A stretch of DNA of 64,000 nucleotides from Saprolegnia diclina VS20. Lineage: Eukaryota. Of this stretch, positions 61,798-64,000 are shown in pieces. Under the pieces are notes generated by a model that was not told where the DNA came from, ran no database searches, and worked only from the letters and a program-made list of their open reading frames with translations. The translations under genes and the position numbers were made by a program. The DNA is taken from assembly GCF_000281045.1 (NCBI RefSeq), contig NW_008246077.1, forward strand, positions 509,129-573,128, given 5' to 3'. Position 1 is the stretch's first letter; each line of letters opens with the position of its first letter.

Positions 61798-64000
61798 ATG
61801 GAGTACAGCGAGGTGGACGGGCTCGACGAGCCGCTTTTGGCGACCAACGAGGCCGGCGCGCCGTTCGCTGCCAGCGTGCGCAGCTTCAGCTTTTGCGGCG
61901 GCGCCGCCGTCGGCGCGGCCTTTCCGTCCAACCGCGTCACGACGTCCAAGTACACGCTCGTCAGCTTTGCGCCCAAGTTTCTTGCGCAGACGTTTACAAA
62001 GATGACAAACATCTACTTCCTCTTCATCTGCATCCTGGAGATGACGCCGGGCATCTCGACATCCGGCGGCATCCCGACGACCGCGCTGCCGCTCCTAGTC
62101 GTCATTGCCATTGACGCCTTCTTCCAGGTCGTCGAAGACTACGCGCGACATGTCGACGACGACGTGGCCAACCACCGGGTGGCGCACCGGTTACTCTCGA
62201 CGGGCGCTTACGAGTCAACTACATGGCAAGAGCTCCGCGTCGGCGACATTGTGCGCATCTTAAACGGGTCCATCGCGCCGGCCGACGTCATTCTACTGCA
62301 AGTCGAGTACGGCGTCGACGAAGCGCCACGGCACTACAGCTACGTCGAGACGTCGAGCTTGGACGGCGAGACGAACTTGAAGATCCGCGAGGCGCTGCCC
62401 GAGACGCACGGCCGGTCACTGCACCGGCTCGAAGGCGTGGTCCAGTGCGACCAGCCCAACGCCTCGGTCAACTCGTTTAGCGGCCAGCTGCATTTCGCCG
62501 ATCGCTTGGCGTCGACGCCGCTCCAAGCCACGAACGTTCTCTTGCGGGGCTGCATCTTGCGCAACACGCCGGCGGTCGTCGGCCTTGTCTTTGCCACCGG
62601 TCACGACACCAAAGTGCTCCAGTGCGCGCGGGCGTGTCCCAACAAGCGCAGCTTTGTTGAGAGCCAAGTCAACCGCGAACTCTGGTGCATGGTCATGCTC
62701 CTCTTGGCGAGCTGCGGCGCGGCCGCAACGATCTCGACCTTCTTCGACTGCCTCGAGCTCCCGCGCGCGTGGTACATGCGTCTGGAGGCGCCGCCGTCGA
62801 TCGCGGTGGCGTTTTGCCAGTCGTTTCTGCGCTTCTTTCTTTTGCTCTCGAACGTCGTGCCCATCTCTTTGGTAGTCACGCTCAACATGGTCAAGTCGCT
62901 GCAAGCGTCGCTCATGGAACGCGACCGCCACCTCCGCGATCCCTCAAACAGCGCGCCGTGCCGGGTCAAGACCATGGCGCTCAACGAAGACCTCGGGCAA
63001 GTTTCGCACATTGTCACGGACAAAACTGGGACGCTTACGCGAAACGTCATGGTCTTCCGCGCCTGTTCGGTCAACGGCGTCCTCTACGGCGGCAAGGCTG
63101 CCCCCAATGTATCCAAGTGGATGGCTTTTGCCGATGCACACTTTGACACTTGCCTCGGCGCCGGCGATGGTCCGCTGTGTACATTCTTATTGCACCTCGC
63201 GCTCTCCCACTCGGTGCTGGCGACACGTCCCGCCGACTTGAGCGAGCTCGTGGCCGCGGCCGCGTCGCCGGACGAGCAGGCGCTTCTGGCCATGGCGTAT
63301 GCCTATGGCTACCGCTTTCTTGGACGGCAACCCGGCAAAGCGACCGTCCAAGTACCGGGCCACGGCCCCGTGACGTTTGACGTGCTCCACGTGCTCGAGT
63401 TTTCCAGCGCTCGCAAGCGCATGTCGGTCGTCATTCGCAACCCGCTGCGCGACAACGCGATTCAATTGCTGGTCAAAGGCGCCGACAACGTGCTATTGCC
63501 GCGCGCCGTTGCGTCACCGACCACAAACCTGCACCTACAGGCCATGGCGCGCGACGGCCTCCGGACGCTCGTGATTGCACAGCGCACGTTGCCACCGGCG
63601 CTCTACGCAGACTGGGAGAGGCGGTACGCGATTGCTGTACGGGATGTGGCACACGTGCAAGCCAAGGCCAAGCAGCAGCCCAATGCAATTGATGCGCTCA
63701 TGGACGAGCTCGAAACGGACCTTGATGTGCTGGGCGCGACCGGCATTGAAGACGGACTCCAGGCGTACGTGCCGGCGACGATCGAAAAGCTACGCCTCGC
63801 AGGAATCAAGATATGGATGCTCACGGGCGACCACGTGGATACCGCGCTCAACGTGGCCCGGGCGTGCAATTTACTCAAGAATACCACGAGCCAGCTCTTA
63901 TTGCTGCAGTGCGCGACGCCGACCGAGTGCTTTCGGGAGCTCCGAGGCCTCCAGAGCCGCATGCAACCGCGCACCAAGTACGCGCTCGTGGTCGACGGCG
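61798..64000 (+). CDS. P4-type phospholipid-transporting ATPase (flippase), 3'-truncated by window edge
   Basis: Open frame from ATG 61798: FPSNRVTTSKY, YVETSSLDGETNLK, VPISL, EDLGQVSHIVTDKTGTLT, ASPDEQAL, FSSARKRMSV, KGAD, GLRTLVIA, IWMLTGD. Confidence 0.95.
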   Translation, partial: MEYSEVDGLDEPLLATNEAGAPFAASVRSFSFCGGAAVGAAFPSNRVTTSKYTLVSFAPKFLAQTFTKMTNIYFLFICILEMTPGISTSGGIPTTALPLLVVIAIDAFFQVVEDYARHVDDDVANHRVAHRLLSTGAYESTTWQELRVGDIVRILNGSIAPADVILLQVEYGVDEAPRHYSYVETSSLDGETNLKIREALPETHGRSLHRLEGVVQCDQPNASVNSFSGQLHFADRLASTPLQATNVLLRGCILRNTPAVVGLVFATGHDTKVLQCARACPNKRSFVESQVNRELWCMVMLLLASCGAAATISTFFDCLELPRAWYMRLEAPPSIAVAFCQSFLRFFLLLSNVVPISLVVTLNMVKSLQASLMERDRHLRDPSNSAPCRVKTMALNEDLGQVSHIVTDKTGTLTRNVMVFRACSVNGVLYGGKAAPNVSKWMAFADAHFDTCLGAGDGPLCTFLLHLALSHSVLATRPADLSELVAAAASPDEQALLAMAYAYGYRFLGRQPGKATVQVPGHGPVTFDVLHVLEFSSARKRMSVVIRNPLRDNAIQLLVKGADNVLLPRAVASPTTNLHLQAMARDGLRTLVIAQRTLPPALYADWERRYAIAVRDVAHVQAKAKQQPNAIDALMDELETDLDVLGATGIEDGLQAYVPATIEKLRLAGIKIWMLTGDHVDTALNVARACNLLKNTTSQLLLLQCATPTECFRELRGLQSRMQPRTKYALVVDG

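Overview
Compact eukaryotic genomic window with high GC, many ~45-55 nt GT-AG introns and two N gaps (23662-24434, 44777-44994). Gene content and style suggest an oomycete, probably Saprolegniales (inference). About 25 protein-coding genes are recognisable: Gemin5-like, two tandem CASTOR/POLLUX-like channels, a syntaxin-like SNARE, a TTL-family ligase, a multi-EF-hand protein, COG1, a double-SANT protein, a Fab1-type PIP kinase, histone H3, two cyclic-nucleotide-domain GYGD channels flanking GNB1L/ASA1, TFIP11, NOP53, two inverted bestrophin-like genes flanking an ankyrin gene, WW and IQ proteins and a P4-ATPase. The most notable observations are: (1) one ~11.8 kb, ~18-exon gene encoding a ~3,600-aa multi-pass membrane protein with EF-hand-like, PDZ-like, Ig-like, C2-like, coiled-coil and SKICH-like modules; (2) three duplicated ion-channel pairs within 45 kb; (3) metazoan-style histone 3' stem-loops on both sides of a gap, pointing to a hidden divergent histone gene; (4) unusual domain fusions (4-TM plus beta-adaptin appendage, DysF-PH-PIPK, AKAP28-like plus EF-hands); (5) a near-identical 783-bp inverted repeat between the bestrophin paralogues; (6) a hairpin-forming intron. 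Exon structures were assembled by eye and domain calls are motif recognition without database searches.
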